From the NCBI RefSeq assembly GCF_006345805.1, contig NC_043004.1:104904001-104968000 (forward strand): 64,000 nt of DNA, in the 5' to 3' direction. Positions within the stretch are counted from its first letter, which is position 1; the number at the start of each line of letters is the position of its first letter. A program made the translations under genes and the position numbers. Source of the DNA: Octopus sinensis (Eukaryota). The notes beneath the pieces were generated by a model. The model was not told the DNA's origin. It was given only the letters and a program-made list of their open reading frames with translations, and did no database searches. Shown piece by piece: positions 12,468 to 23,522 of this stretch.

Positions 12468-13161
12468 ATATATATAATACACACAAACATATTTGCATGT
12501 ATGTATATGTGCATATTCATATCTATTATGTAAAAGTCAATGTCTTTATGTGTGTTCGTGTATTATTTATACATTCGAAAACTACTGCACCGATCCTTAT
12601 GAAATTTAGAACACAAAATCCAAGCCTATGTATGTGTTTCATACAATTTCGTGGACCAAAATTACTGAATGGATCCTTATGAATTGGAACTTAGATTCAA
12701 TGCATAAGGGCGGGTATAATGCAGTATGTTTGGTTTGAATTTGAGATGGCTTAAAGGGGGCAGAACCCCCCCCCCATGAAAATTCATAAGTGTTCGATGT
12801 TGATGAAATTTCAACCATGGGTAATTGACACACATCAAGAAGTATTCTCAAAGTTTCCACTTCCCATGAGGATTCTAAGACCCTCTAATTTTAGTCATTT
12901 TTTATGAACCAAAACTCGGTCAAAATTTCTGAATGGTTTTTTTGAAATTTGGAAATTATATTCTAAGCATAAGAGCCATAACCCCATGAAAATTCAACAT
13001 ACATTTTTGTTGTTGATGAAATTTAACCATAGATATTAGACACAAATGAAGTAGTAATATTTCTAAAATTTCATCTTCTTAGAAGTTACAAAGACTCCTT
13101 CATGCGGACTTAACACCCACAATTTAGTCATTTTATCTACGCAAAGGCGAATACAATTGTA
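9480..13161. other. ~1.8-kb direct duplication across an assembly gap
   Basis: About 9480-11268 is repeated at 11371-13161 (offset about 1893); N run 11270-11370; the copies differ mostly by homopolymer or microsatellite indels. Confidence 0.9.
10185..10520 (+). mobile_element. SINE family A (degenerate; second copy at about 12078-12410 in the duplication)
   Basis: aggtgcaggtgtggttgtgtggtaac...gggttcagtaccactg...gaataagtaccaggctt. Confidence 0.8.
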
Positions 13162-14484
13162 CTCTTGGAAGCTATAGGGTCACCCGAGCATAAAAGATGA
13201 ACATTATTTGTAATTCAATGGTACAACACTGTTTGCTTTGAGATATACTTAGATTGTGATTTCTGCAATATGGTACATAAATTGTCAAGTAAATGAGAGG
13301 CACCTTTGCCTCCACTGATTCAGTTGCAAAGTGTTCAGTAAAATTATTTGGTTGCAGACCTCCTTTGATTCTTTTTATCATCACTGGGTCACACATAGTC
13401 CCCCGATGGTAACATTGATTTCAAAGCCTTCCCAGATGAGTGACTAGTTATTGAAAGACATTTATAGATTGTAATTTTATTCTGTTCAGTTACCTATCGG
13501 TATAGTGGTCCTTTGCAAACTCCAGAGGTGACACTTCCATTTCTATTAGCCCTCACATCACACAGTTGTTAATGTTTGTGTTGGGTCACGCCCTTCCAAT
13601 TGATATAGATTCGTAATGCATCTTATGGCTGTGCCTGTCACCTGCATGGTGAGGAATCCTACATTGGGGAGTAGACACGACTAGGGTAGGGTAACTGACT
13701 GCTTATTGCGATTATTCGTCTTTTAGTTTCCTGTAGCTTTGCTCTTTTTTTTTACAAACCCAGTGAACATACATATATTTCCTATTTCAAAGAAATTTGA
13801 ACAATACATATAAGACCCAAGTTAAAAAGATTCTCAACAATTCAACCCTGGTTGACATTAAGACACCCACCTCCAATAGAGCCTTAACTCCCACATTTTA
13901 GAGCTCCATGACATCCATTCTTCAGGAGCAAAATCTTTTTAACAGGTTCCATAAGACTGGAATTTTGGATTCTGCGCATAAAGATCAGTAGTATAGGATA
14001 CATGTGTCATGATTAGAATTTTTTAGGGTGTGTAAAGAGGGAAAGAACCCTCGTCTGCAATTTTGATGTAATTCGAATCATAGGTATTCCAGTTCATTAG
14101 AGAAAATATAACAGAAAAGTCTAATTCTTCAATTGCATGTAACACGGGCAACGCTGGGTATTTCTCTCTCTCCCTCTCTTTCTCTCTCTCTCTCTTCTCT
14201 CTCTCTCTATAATATATATATATATATATATATAATATATTATATATATACATACATCTATTATATAATATAATATATATATATCGTCTATAAAAAACAC
14301 AGATTCGAACGACCCCCGATCCCACAAGAGTAAAAAGAGAGACAGAGACAGACAGAAACAAGTAAAATGCCCCTTGTATTGAATACTATACAAATATTCT
14401 TTTTAAAAAAACTTTCTTTCCATAATATCAACTCGTGTTTTCCTTTTCAACCTTCTACACACACACAACACACACACACACATA

Positions 14485-14542
<58 letters not shown>

Positions 14543-14751
14543 CTATATGTATGTGTGTATATCTACATGTATGTATATATGTATATATAGAGATAGGGTG
14601 GGAGGAGGAGGAGGTGTGTATGTGTTTGTACGTGACTGCGTATCGGTATGTGTGAGTAGGGAAAAAAGCAATAAATAATACTTTTTCAAATATCCTTTAT
14701 TTTAAATATTAACAAGAAAAATGTGATGTTCTCTCAGCTTTCCAAAAGCTT

Positions 14752-14821
14752 TCATTTCTCTTTTAGGTCGAGATTCCTGATGTCCTCAATTACTTCATTA
14801 CGCACCAACTCCATCGTATAA
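14752..14821 (-). CDS. Candidate terminal coding exon of an unidentified gene
   Basis: Minus acceptor tttttttttcag|, then T TAT ACG ATG... = (L)YTMELVRNEVIEDIRNLDLKEK*; AATAAA about 50 nt downstream (14696-14701); phase matches exon 15579-15775. Confidence 0.55.
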
Positions 14822-15578
14822 CTGAAAAAAAAAATAATTTGGCTAAAGTATTTGGTGGTTCTACATTCCGCACTGTTGAGTAAAAATTGATAATATGAAA
14901 ACATGATTACAAGATCATTACGTACCATGGCTAAACATAATCAGAAAGGACCATTGTACCAGTCCCAGTTATCAAATATATATCTATGACACCTAAACTT
15001 TTACTAAATGTCTAGAAATGTCGCATAATGAGAAGACCGATGTAGAAATTTACTAGTTAGATACTGGTACCTGATGTTAACGTTGTACAGAACACGGCAT
15101 ATTTAGAAAAAGCTATAAAGGTCGAATTGACATACCAAACAGGTTTGCTGTAGCGCGGACAAATGTTTTAGACAAAGATGAAAAAAAAAATTGACCTGGC
15201 ACAAAACTATAAGCCTATTGTTTGTCTAAACATTGCATGTAAACTTTACACAAGTTGTTTGAATTAACCATCACTATCTCGTTGGACTTGCAATGATCTT
15301 GGAGTAATAAACAGTCAGGCTAGGAACGTGTCAAGTGTATTAAGATTAATAAAAATGTTCGGTCTGAAGTAATAAAAATGTACCGCATTGAATCTAGCTT
15401 GCCCGAGTCAGCCCCTGACTTTGCTCCCATCCCCGGACCAATACAGCCTATACAGGCTTATATAGCGGACTCAAAATACTGACCCCATAAAAGCATCGCC
15501 TGGAGAGAACCGCCGCTTCCCACCCCAACCCCAAATGCACTACTGGTATGAAACGTGTCTCTGTATGACTTTATTTAC

Positions 15579-15775
15579 AGTTTGTGGTTGCTGGAATCAC
15601 TGCATTTGGTAATCATATCTGCTGCCTTTGTTGCTGAAATTGAAAACCTCCCAGACCTCTGGTCAACCGCCGGAAGCCTTGTAACTAAAAGAACAACGTT
15701 TGTCACTGATGTTATGAATCTTTCGAAAGGAATATCCCCCAATTGTCTGGTTTTGCTTCCTATTGTCATCTTCAT
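15579..15775 (-). CDS. Candidate coding exon (MKMTIGSKTRQLGDIPFERF...SDSSNHK)
   Basis: Only open frame; ccactag| acceptor or ATG start; donor CT|GTAAAT in phase 2 completes CTT with the 14821 exon. Confidence 0.5.
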
Positions 15776-16027
15776 CTAGTGGTTATGAACTAGCGTCTAC
15801 AAAAACTAGCATAAATGCAAGTCATTGTGGTGTTAAGAACCACAGTGGAAACGCCAACAGTACTCAAAACCTGGTCTATCTGATAGCAACTATTTACTCA
15901 AAAGTAATGCTCATAATTAATAACTGAACTCGGAAAACCACTTTCCAATCGAAAGTAGCTTTTCATGGCCTTAGAATTGGTGGCGTTAAAGTTTAAAATC
16001 CTTTTAATAATATTACTAGGAGAGTGA

Positions 16028-16029
<2 letters not shown>

Positions 16030-16090
<61 letters not shown>
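16030..16090. repeat. (GA)n microsatellite
   Basis: Directly visible. Confidence 0.95.
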
Positions 16091-16099
<9 letters not shown>

Positions 16100-16353
16100 A
16101 TCTACAGTACTAGCAATAATCTTAAGACATTTTTGTTACAAACATAGAATGGGAATGAAGAGATGAGAAGTCGGAAGAGCGCCGTTGATCCGCAAAGATA
16201 ACTAATTTTCTCCAAATAAATTATGTACTCGACTATAGAATATATGTATACCTTTTAGTCAACACGGACTGTATATATAAATATATATGTATACCTTTTA
16301 GTCATATACCTTATATATATATATATTACATCTCTGTCTGCCTGTCTGTCTGC

Positions 16354-16386
<33 letters not shown>

Positions 16387-16539
16387 CCCTATCTATCTAT
16401 CTATATTATCGATGTGTAACTATAAGAGCTAAGGACCTAAGTGTAGGAAGTTTATAGGCTTTGAGCAATCCATGGTACGTATAAAAATGTATACCTTTTA
16501 GTCAACACGGACTGTATATATAAATATGCAATGTTGGCT

Positions 16540-16584
16540 AAGTATGTATGATATATATATATATAATATATATTATATATATAG

Positions 16585-16618
<34 letters not shown>

Positions 16619-16621
16619 TGC

Positions 16622-16654
<33 letters not shown>

Positions 16655-16708
16655 CATATATAATATATATATATATTATATATATATAATATATATATGT
16701 ATGTATGC

Positions 16709-16742
<34 letters not shown>

Positions 16743-16840
16743 GCATAGATATATATATAATATATATATATATATTATATATATATGTATATTATATATA
16801 TATATATATCTATATATATATATATGTATATATATATTAT

Positions 16841-16872
<32 letters not shown>

Positions 16873-16908
16873 ATATTATATGTATATATATATATATTAA
16901 TAGATATA

Positions 16909-16945
<37 letters not shown>

Positions 16946-16989
16946 ATAATATATATAATATATATATATAGATGTATATATATATAATA

Positions 16990-17036
<47 letters not shown>

Positions 17037-17038
17037 GC

Positions 17039-17069
<31 letters not shown>

Positions 17070-17303
17070 CATATATATATATATAATATTATATAATATA
17101 TATATATATATAATATATGTAGGTCCCGGGTTGAGTCGGGGTAACCACTAGTAAATAAGGTACTCAATAATAGCAGAGTAAATTAATTTATTTATAGAAG
17201 GAGCTTCTACATACTAGAACTGTTTCATTCAAAAGAAATCATCAGGAGCTTCCTGATGATTTCTTTTGAATGAAACAGTTCTAGTCCTGAGAAGCTCCTC
17301 TAT

Positions 17304-17358
<55 letters not shown>

Positions 17359-17363
17359 ATGTA

Positions 17364-17405
<42 letters not shown>

Positions 17406-17435
17406 CATATAATATAATATATATATATGTATGCA

Positions 17436-17466
<31 letters not shown>

Positions 17467-17544
17467 AATAATATATAATTATAGTATGCCTTATATATAT
17501 ATATATATATTATAGGTATGCATATATATATATATATATATGTA

Positions 17545-17578
<34 letters not shown>

Positions 17579-17751
17579 TATATATAATTATATATATATA
17601 TATGTATGATATATATATATATATATATGTATGCATATATAATATATATATATATATATATGTATGCATATATATATATATATATATATATGTATGCATA
17701 TATATATAATATATATATATATAATATATATATATGTATGCATATATATAT

Positions 17752-17787
<36 letters not shown>
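16540..17787. repeat. (TA)n arrays punctuated by gtatgcat units, interrupted by a hairpin at 17193-17304
   Basis: Recurring tatatatgtatgcata motif. Confidence 0.9.
17193..17304. repeat. Palindrome with 35-bp perfect arms; each arm carries a hammerhead core
   Basis: 17213-17247 is the exact reverse complement of 17251-17285; CUGAUGA-UUUC UUUU GAAU-GAAAC-AGUUCUA-GUC on + (GUA on -). Confidence 0.75.
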
Positions 17788-17939
17788 CCAATTAAGGACT
17801 GAACACGAAAAGTGGACAGTCAACATGCTAGATATAGACGTCAAATCGCCATTCTCCACAAAAGATTATGTTCTCAAATCAAACTCAGCACAAAACCAAA
17901 GCAATAAACAAGTGAAAATATACGAAATAAAATAATTAC

Positions 17940-18003
17940 CCATGTACTGATCAGTTTCGGCTATTATTATCCGCAAGGATAACTGTAGCATTCATCAGCA
18001 TGG
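17940..18003 (-). ncRNA. Type I hammerhead ribozyme
   Basis: Reverse complement of 18150-18213, core intact. Confidence 0.85.
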
Positions 18004-18149
18004 TCCGTTATAAATGCAATTTGCTGGACTAGATGCAAAAACGATACCGGAGTATCGCGTGCATGGAGTTCAACCTATTACATTCGAATGTATCTTTCAA
18101 ATGCCTTTACTTTGGCGCGTTGAGTCCAGCAAATTGCATTTATAACGGG

Positions 18150-18213
18150 CCATGCTGATGAATGCTACAGTTATCCTTGCGGATAATAATAGCCGAAACT
18201 GATCAGTACATGG
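18150..18213 (+). ncRNA. Type I hammerhead ribozyme
   Basis: CCAUG-CUGAUGA-AU-GCUA c(AG)UUAUCC UUGC GGAUAA UAA UAGC-C-GAAAC-UGAUCA-GUA-CAUGG; helix I 5 bp; palindromic helix III ACUGAUCAGU. Confidence 0.85.
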
Positions 18214-18459
18214 GTAATTATTTTATTTCGTATATTTTCACTTGTTTATTGCTTTGGTTTTGTGCTGAGTTTGATTTGAGAACATAATCTTTTGTGGAGA
18301 ATGGCGATTTGACGTCTATATCTAGCATGTTGACTGTCCACTTTTCGTGTTCAGTCCTTAATTGGTATATAAATATTTTAATCTTCGGATTCTTTTTTAA
18401 TATGCTAGACCACTGGTTTTAATTGATAAATATCAATTTCTACCCTTAATTAATTTTAT

Positions 18460-18499
<40 letters not shown>

Positions 18500-18974
18500 A
18501 GAGAGAGAGAGAGAAAGAGAGAGAGACGCTTGCTGGTTATGGAGCAAGAAAGAGGCATTAAGCTGAAAGCCACAGGAGATGATAAACAGTGGTTTGACCA
18601 CAGCAGCTGACTCACTAACGGGAGCATGTTGCGGTTCAGGGTTGAAACACTCGATGATCGTTGGATACCGTCTGATGACATCGGTTCCTCCTGGCCAGAG
18701 CTGCAATCACTCTGGTGATTGCAAGTCTTACTTTCATAATTTCATTTTATTTTTTATTTCCACCAAGTCATCGAGCCAGCAAAACCATTTGAAGACCGGA
18801 CAAAATGCTTTATGGCATTTCTTCTGCCGAGATCGCCTTTTCACCCTTTCGGGGTTGATATAATAAGTACCAGTTGAACACTGAGGTCAATGTAATCAGG
18901 AAGCCCACCCAAATTTCAGGTCTTGTACCTATATCAGAAGGGACTATTATTTCTATCTATCTATCTATCTATCT

Positions 18975-19021
<47 letters not shown>

Positions 19022-19453
19022 GGGTGAATGTAGCAAGGATGGCACACGTATGAATGACGAAGCCACCTTGACTATGATTCTATGAACCGTAAAAATTAAT
19101 ACAGAGAGTTGCTTATTTGCAAAAAAAAAAAGAAATATAACATGTGACTTCATTGACCGAGGTTACCGTGGTCTTTTCCGTAGGCTTTTCCTTCCACAGG
19201 TAAACCTCACCTGTGCCCCCCTTTACACTTCATATTGACATTTCTGTGATTACGATCCCTATTGATCAACTTTTTTTTTCTCTCCCCTTCCCCCCCCCTT
19301 TTTTTAAATCCTCCCCTTTTTTTGTCCTCTTTCTTTCCTTTTACGATCCCTTTTGATCGAAAACCAACCCCTTTTTTTTTACCCCCAAAAGAAAAGCTCT
19401 ACCTTGTAATTTGTTCTGTCTGTGTGCAGCCCTGTGTGGCTAATAAAGAAACA

Positions 19454-19486
<33 letters not shown>

Positions 19487-19838
19487 CTCTCATTTTCTCA
19501 GTTTTCGGGTGTTTTGCAAATCCCTGTTCGATTCACGTTCTTTTTCCCGTTAATTTTGTCTCGTTTGCTCCCTACTTAGTCCTTTGTCACGCCGTCATTA
19601 TTCGCGCATTGTTTAATGCCCATGTGAATTTCCTCTTTTTACGTGAACAGTAGAATTTTTCTTCTTTTTTTTTTCTGTACCCATAGCACAAGCAACATCG
19701 TTCTTCAGTTTTCTGGGTTCCAGAATATATAGAAATGTGCAAAAGAAGGTCTTTTGGGCAGAAGCGCATGTGTTAAAAAGTACACCTATCGAAACATTTT
19801 TGCACTACGTGTTATTTTTGCAAAATTCTAGGTAGACA

Positions 19839-20233
19839 TCTTTATATATAAAAGAGAGGTTGTGTGCTGTCTGTCTCTTACGATTTAGATTCCTAACTAC
19901 TCCCACATTTTGCGGTGCAGTTTAACCAAAACCGGGTATCTTATAGTCGTGATTCATATCGAGCCCTTCTGGGTATTAGCGAGCGTCTACGATGTGTCTA
20001 AGATTTTTTTAATAATTTACCATGAATTTTCTCCATTTTTAATGCATTTTTGGCGTATATAAGGGAAGTAACTCTCTAAAAATTTATTATTAAATCTCAG
20101 AACGTAAAAAGCTACAGTAACACCCCCCTTTGTGGTTAGCCATATTGAGATGGCTATTATACTTTACATCTCTAAAAATGCTTATATAGTTATTTCCCTT
20201 ACAAATCCGAGCAACGCCGGGCGATACTGCTAG
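19839..20233 (+). mobile_element. Non-autonomous Helitron, 395 bp
   Basis: A|TC 5' end, subterminal hairpin ccgagcaacgccgggcg, CTAG|T 3' end, no TSD. Confidence 0.85.
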
Positions 20234-20289
20234 TAAATAAATAAAAATACGGATTTTTAATTGTGTGTGTGTAGAAAGATAAACATGAC

Positions 20290-20290
20290 A

Positions 20291-20341
<51 letters not shown>

Positions 20342-20346
20342 TAGAC

Positions 20347-20406
<60 letters not shown>
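20290..20406. repeat. (GACA)n(GATA)n microsatellite; a similar (GATA)n tract lies at 20900-21010
   Basis: Directly visible. Confidence 0.95.
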
Positions 20407-20407
<1 letters not shown>

Positions 20408-20926
20408 CGTGTCTTAAATAAAGTAAAATGGCTTCCACTGGAGAATAAAGGCGCGTCTCACTATCACCTTGCTACGTGCTTGTCACATGTAACAATGAAA
20501 TGTTTGAGTCGTTGGTCATTTATAGCAATGTTATAAGATAGAGAATCATGGGAATACGGAAACAATGTGACAATGATTCAATAACACCAAGGAATAATTT
20601 AGAAAACTTTACCGTGAATATCACCAATGTTTGACATTATTGTTCCTGAACGCGAAAACAAGGGAATCGAGTTTTTTTGTTTTTAATTTTTTTTTTATGT
20701 TTTGTTTTTCACAGCTGTGCCATCTACTAAAAGTAATAGTAAATTCCTTGCCAAATTACATCCTACTATCTTTTTTAAAAATGGGAGGACACCTTGAATT
20801 GTGTGATTTGGATGCCTTGTGCTTGTTAAAAACCACTGGCGTGTCTATTGACGATTAGTCAAGAACAATAGTTTCTATTTATGACCAAGGCGGTTAAATA
20901 GATAGATGATAGATAGATAGATAGAT

Positions 20927-20999
<73 letters not shown>

Positions 21000-21129
21000 A
21001 ATTTAGATAGATAGACATTTACATTCATGTTGTAGCCGATCAATTTGCTAAGGTATATTTATGTTCATAAGGGCAGGAGTAAAACATCTGTTTTAAAGTT
21101 TAGGTTGGCTCCCACGTGAACAAATATTT

Positions 21130-21420
21130 TCAATATGATTTTTCTTTTCAGCCAAACATAGTTTGCACCTCCTACTATCAAAATGAGGTTTGCACTTTTC
21201 TAGCATCTTCCTCTTCATATCGTAAAGCACAACGTTTTCTTTCAGTGTTCACACAAGTCTCACTATAGTTGTGACATTAGACATTTCTTGGACATTAAAC
21301 TTGCAGTTTGTTGAACGTGATCCTGCAGGAACTTTCCGTCACGCCCACGTATTTCTGTTATTTCGTCGCTCCACTTGCATTCTTCGACACAACATTAACT
21401 TCTTGCATAACGATTTCTAT
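21130..21420 (-). pseudogene. Penelope-like element GIY-YIG endonuclease remnant
   Basis: Minus strand translates KYVGVTESS... and SNVTTIVRLV*TLKENVVLYDMKRKMLEKCKPHFDSRRCKLCLAEKKIIL, matching the PLE YIG and C-x2-C-L-x-EK C-terminal pattern; stops and frameshift. Confidence 0.75.
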
Positions 21421-21559
21421 ATAACACTGGTCATTTAGTGAACTATGGGGTCACCCCTGCATGAGCAACCTGACCCTGTTCTAGGTTTGGGCCTACTTAC
21501 TATTTTCTTCAAGTTAGGTGCACAGCTAAAGGAATCTCTCAAACTATGCCTTTTAAAAT

Positions 21560-21741
21560 AGGCGCAGGAGTAGCTGTGTGGCAAGGAATCTGCTTCCCAA
21601 CCACATGGTTCCGGGTTCAGTCCCACTGCGTGACACCTTGGGCAAGTGTCTTCTACTATAGTCTCGAGTCGACCAAAAGCCATGCAAGTGGATTTGGTGG
21701 ACAGAAAGAAGCCTGTCGTGTGCGCGCGCGCGTGTGTGTAT

Positions 21742-21782
<41 letters not shown>

Positions 21783-21998
21783 TTTTTATATGTGTGTATC
21801 CCCCAGCACCGCTTGATAACTGTTGTTGGTGAGTTTATGTCCCCGTATTTTACACAAATGAAGCCGATAGAATACGCACTAGTCTTGGAAAGATGAAAGT
21901 ACTGGAGTCGATTCATTCAAAAGTTCTTCAAGGCGGTGCTCCAGCATGGCAACAGCCTAATGACTGAAACAAGTAAAAGATAAAAAGATAAAAGATAA
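21560..21998 (+). mobile_element. Full-length SINE family A inserted into the Penelope-like remnant
   Basis: ggcgcaggagtagctgtgtgg... to gtaaaagataaaaagata tail. Confidence 0.9.
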
Positions 21999-22149
21999 TG
22001 ATTTGCCAGTATCTATTTGTTTAGTAGAACTGCTTATTGACTAAAGAAGATCCTATCAATACCTACAAAACTATTACCCAAGGTTTTATGTAAACCATAA
22101 CCTTATGGTGACGTTTTTTTATTTATTTTATTTATTTATTTATTTATTT

Positions 22150-22670
22150 TTTGTGGGGTTAGGACCGGACATAGTCTTTTCTTCAAAACCACTTTTGGTC
22201 AAAACCCCATTATAGTAGAGGGCAGCGGCGTAGAAGGTTTCCAAGTTCCAAGAAAGGCAGATTCTTTGATTAACCCCGTTAACCAGATTTCTGAACACTA
22301 TGGCGAGATGACAGCTTCTCATTCGATTTCCGACAAGATTTATGGGTACCAGTGATTATAGGTACCAGTTAATGTCATATTCAGGAAATCAGTCACTTCA
22401 GAGTTAGTCTCTGTTGTGACTTTGAGCGCAAGAAAATTAAGGGCCTGGCTTAGGTAAATCGAGTGTGTGGCCATATGCTCTTCGCGATATTCCAAAGGAT
22501 CATTCATATACAGGCCAAAACTTATTAAGCATATCTAGAATAAAAACGATCTATATGGTCACATACTTCTACTCTGTCGAAAACTCCCGTCGCAACATCG
22601 AATGAGCCTTTTGAGTCGCCGGTCAAACCTTTGTCGGGTAATAACATTTTCCTGGCACGCATGGGAAAAA
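22150..22670 (-). pseudogene. Penelope-like element reverse transcriptase remnant
   Basis: GSFDVATGVFDRVEVCDHI (cf. PLE FDVTMGSYDGAEVCELVG), FGLYMNDPL (cf. GLYRDDGL), EVTDFLNMTL (cf. VNFLDVT), AAALYYNGVLTKSGF. Confidence 0.75.
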
Positions 22671-22724
22671 AATAAGACAGTGCCAGACTATAAAAAGTAG
22701 TGGAACAAGTAAAAGAATGAAAGA

Positions 22725-22775
<51 letters not shown>

Positions 22776-22987
22776 GGTGAGTGTTTAAACAGTTTGTCTG
22801 ATTATTTCTCTGGGATTGGTGAAACGATGAAGGCACCACAGATGAGAGACCAATAACTTTCGGAAATTGATTAAGGTTGTTCATTTTTTCAATCTATTTA
22901 AATTTGCCATGTTTGTAATATCCTCTACATAGATTATTTACATTATTTACATTCGATGGATATTTGTCCTCATCTTGTTTGTTGTTA

Positions 22988-23031
22988 ACACAACGTTTCG
23001 GCTGATATACCCTCCAGCCTTCTTCAGGTGT
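22988..23031 (-). ncRNA. Minimal type I hammerhead ribozyme
   Basis: ACAC-CUGAAGA-A-GGCUG GAGGGUAUAU CAGCC-GAAAC-GUU-GUGU; loop-less palindromic helix III AACGUU. Confidence 0.8.
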
Positions 23032-23522
23032 CTTGGGGAAATTTAGAACTTGGGTTCTCATTCCTAAGGTACTTTTCGATGTTATTATTAATAATAACCA
23101 TCAAAGAGGGGAACTTTTCTGGTTAGAAATAGCAGTTAAATTTCCCTAAAATCACATGCTTTTCAAATAAAAGAACAGAACAAAACCCTGAAATATCGGG
23201 ACCTGGTAGTGAACTATTTCTTCCAACCTGTGGCATTTGAGACTTTCGGAGGGACTGGGCCACTAACGGCGAAGTTGGCAGCTCACCTTACCGTGGTGTC
23301 AGATGATGCCCATGAGGGTGGTTGGCTTTTCCAACGCCACGGCAATGCCGGGAGCGTGCTGGCTTGTTTCAATAGGTTCCGTTGAACCGTGTGGCTTGCG
23401 ACCAATCGAAGCATTTGGTGCTGCATTGATGTTTTTTCTTTCTTTTCTTTCTCCCCCTTTTTTTTTTGCTTTTGCTTTTCTTTGTCTTTCTTTTGTACTA
23501 TATATGTATCATATACATACGT

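Larger units (their letters stand above)
17788..18365. repeat. Near-perfect palindrome, ~243-bp arms and ~92-bp spacer
   Basis: 17788-18030 versus 18123-18365; very few differences. Confidence 0.95.

Noticed and set aside
13172-13700. Higher-complexity stretch with a 74-aa ORF
   Set aside because: No recognisable motif or splice structure; probably a decayed TE.
15555-15779. Plus-strand ORF with a hydrophobic C-terminus and tttacag acceptor
   Set aside because: It overlaps the minus-strand exon, which has a phase-matched partner exon and a polyA signal; not fully excluded.
16548-17935. Many Tyr/Ile-rich ORFs (also at 2.4-2.7, 8.6, 10-12.5 and 37.7-38.8 kb)
   Set aside because: Stop-free frames of TA/CA/GATA microsatellites.
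18672-18720. CUGAUGA motif
   Set aside because: No GAAAC or NUH at a workable distance.
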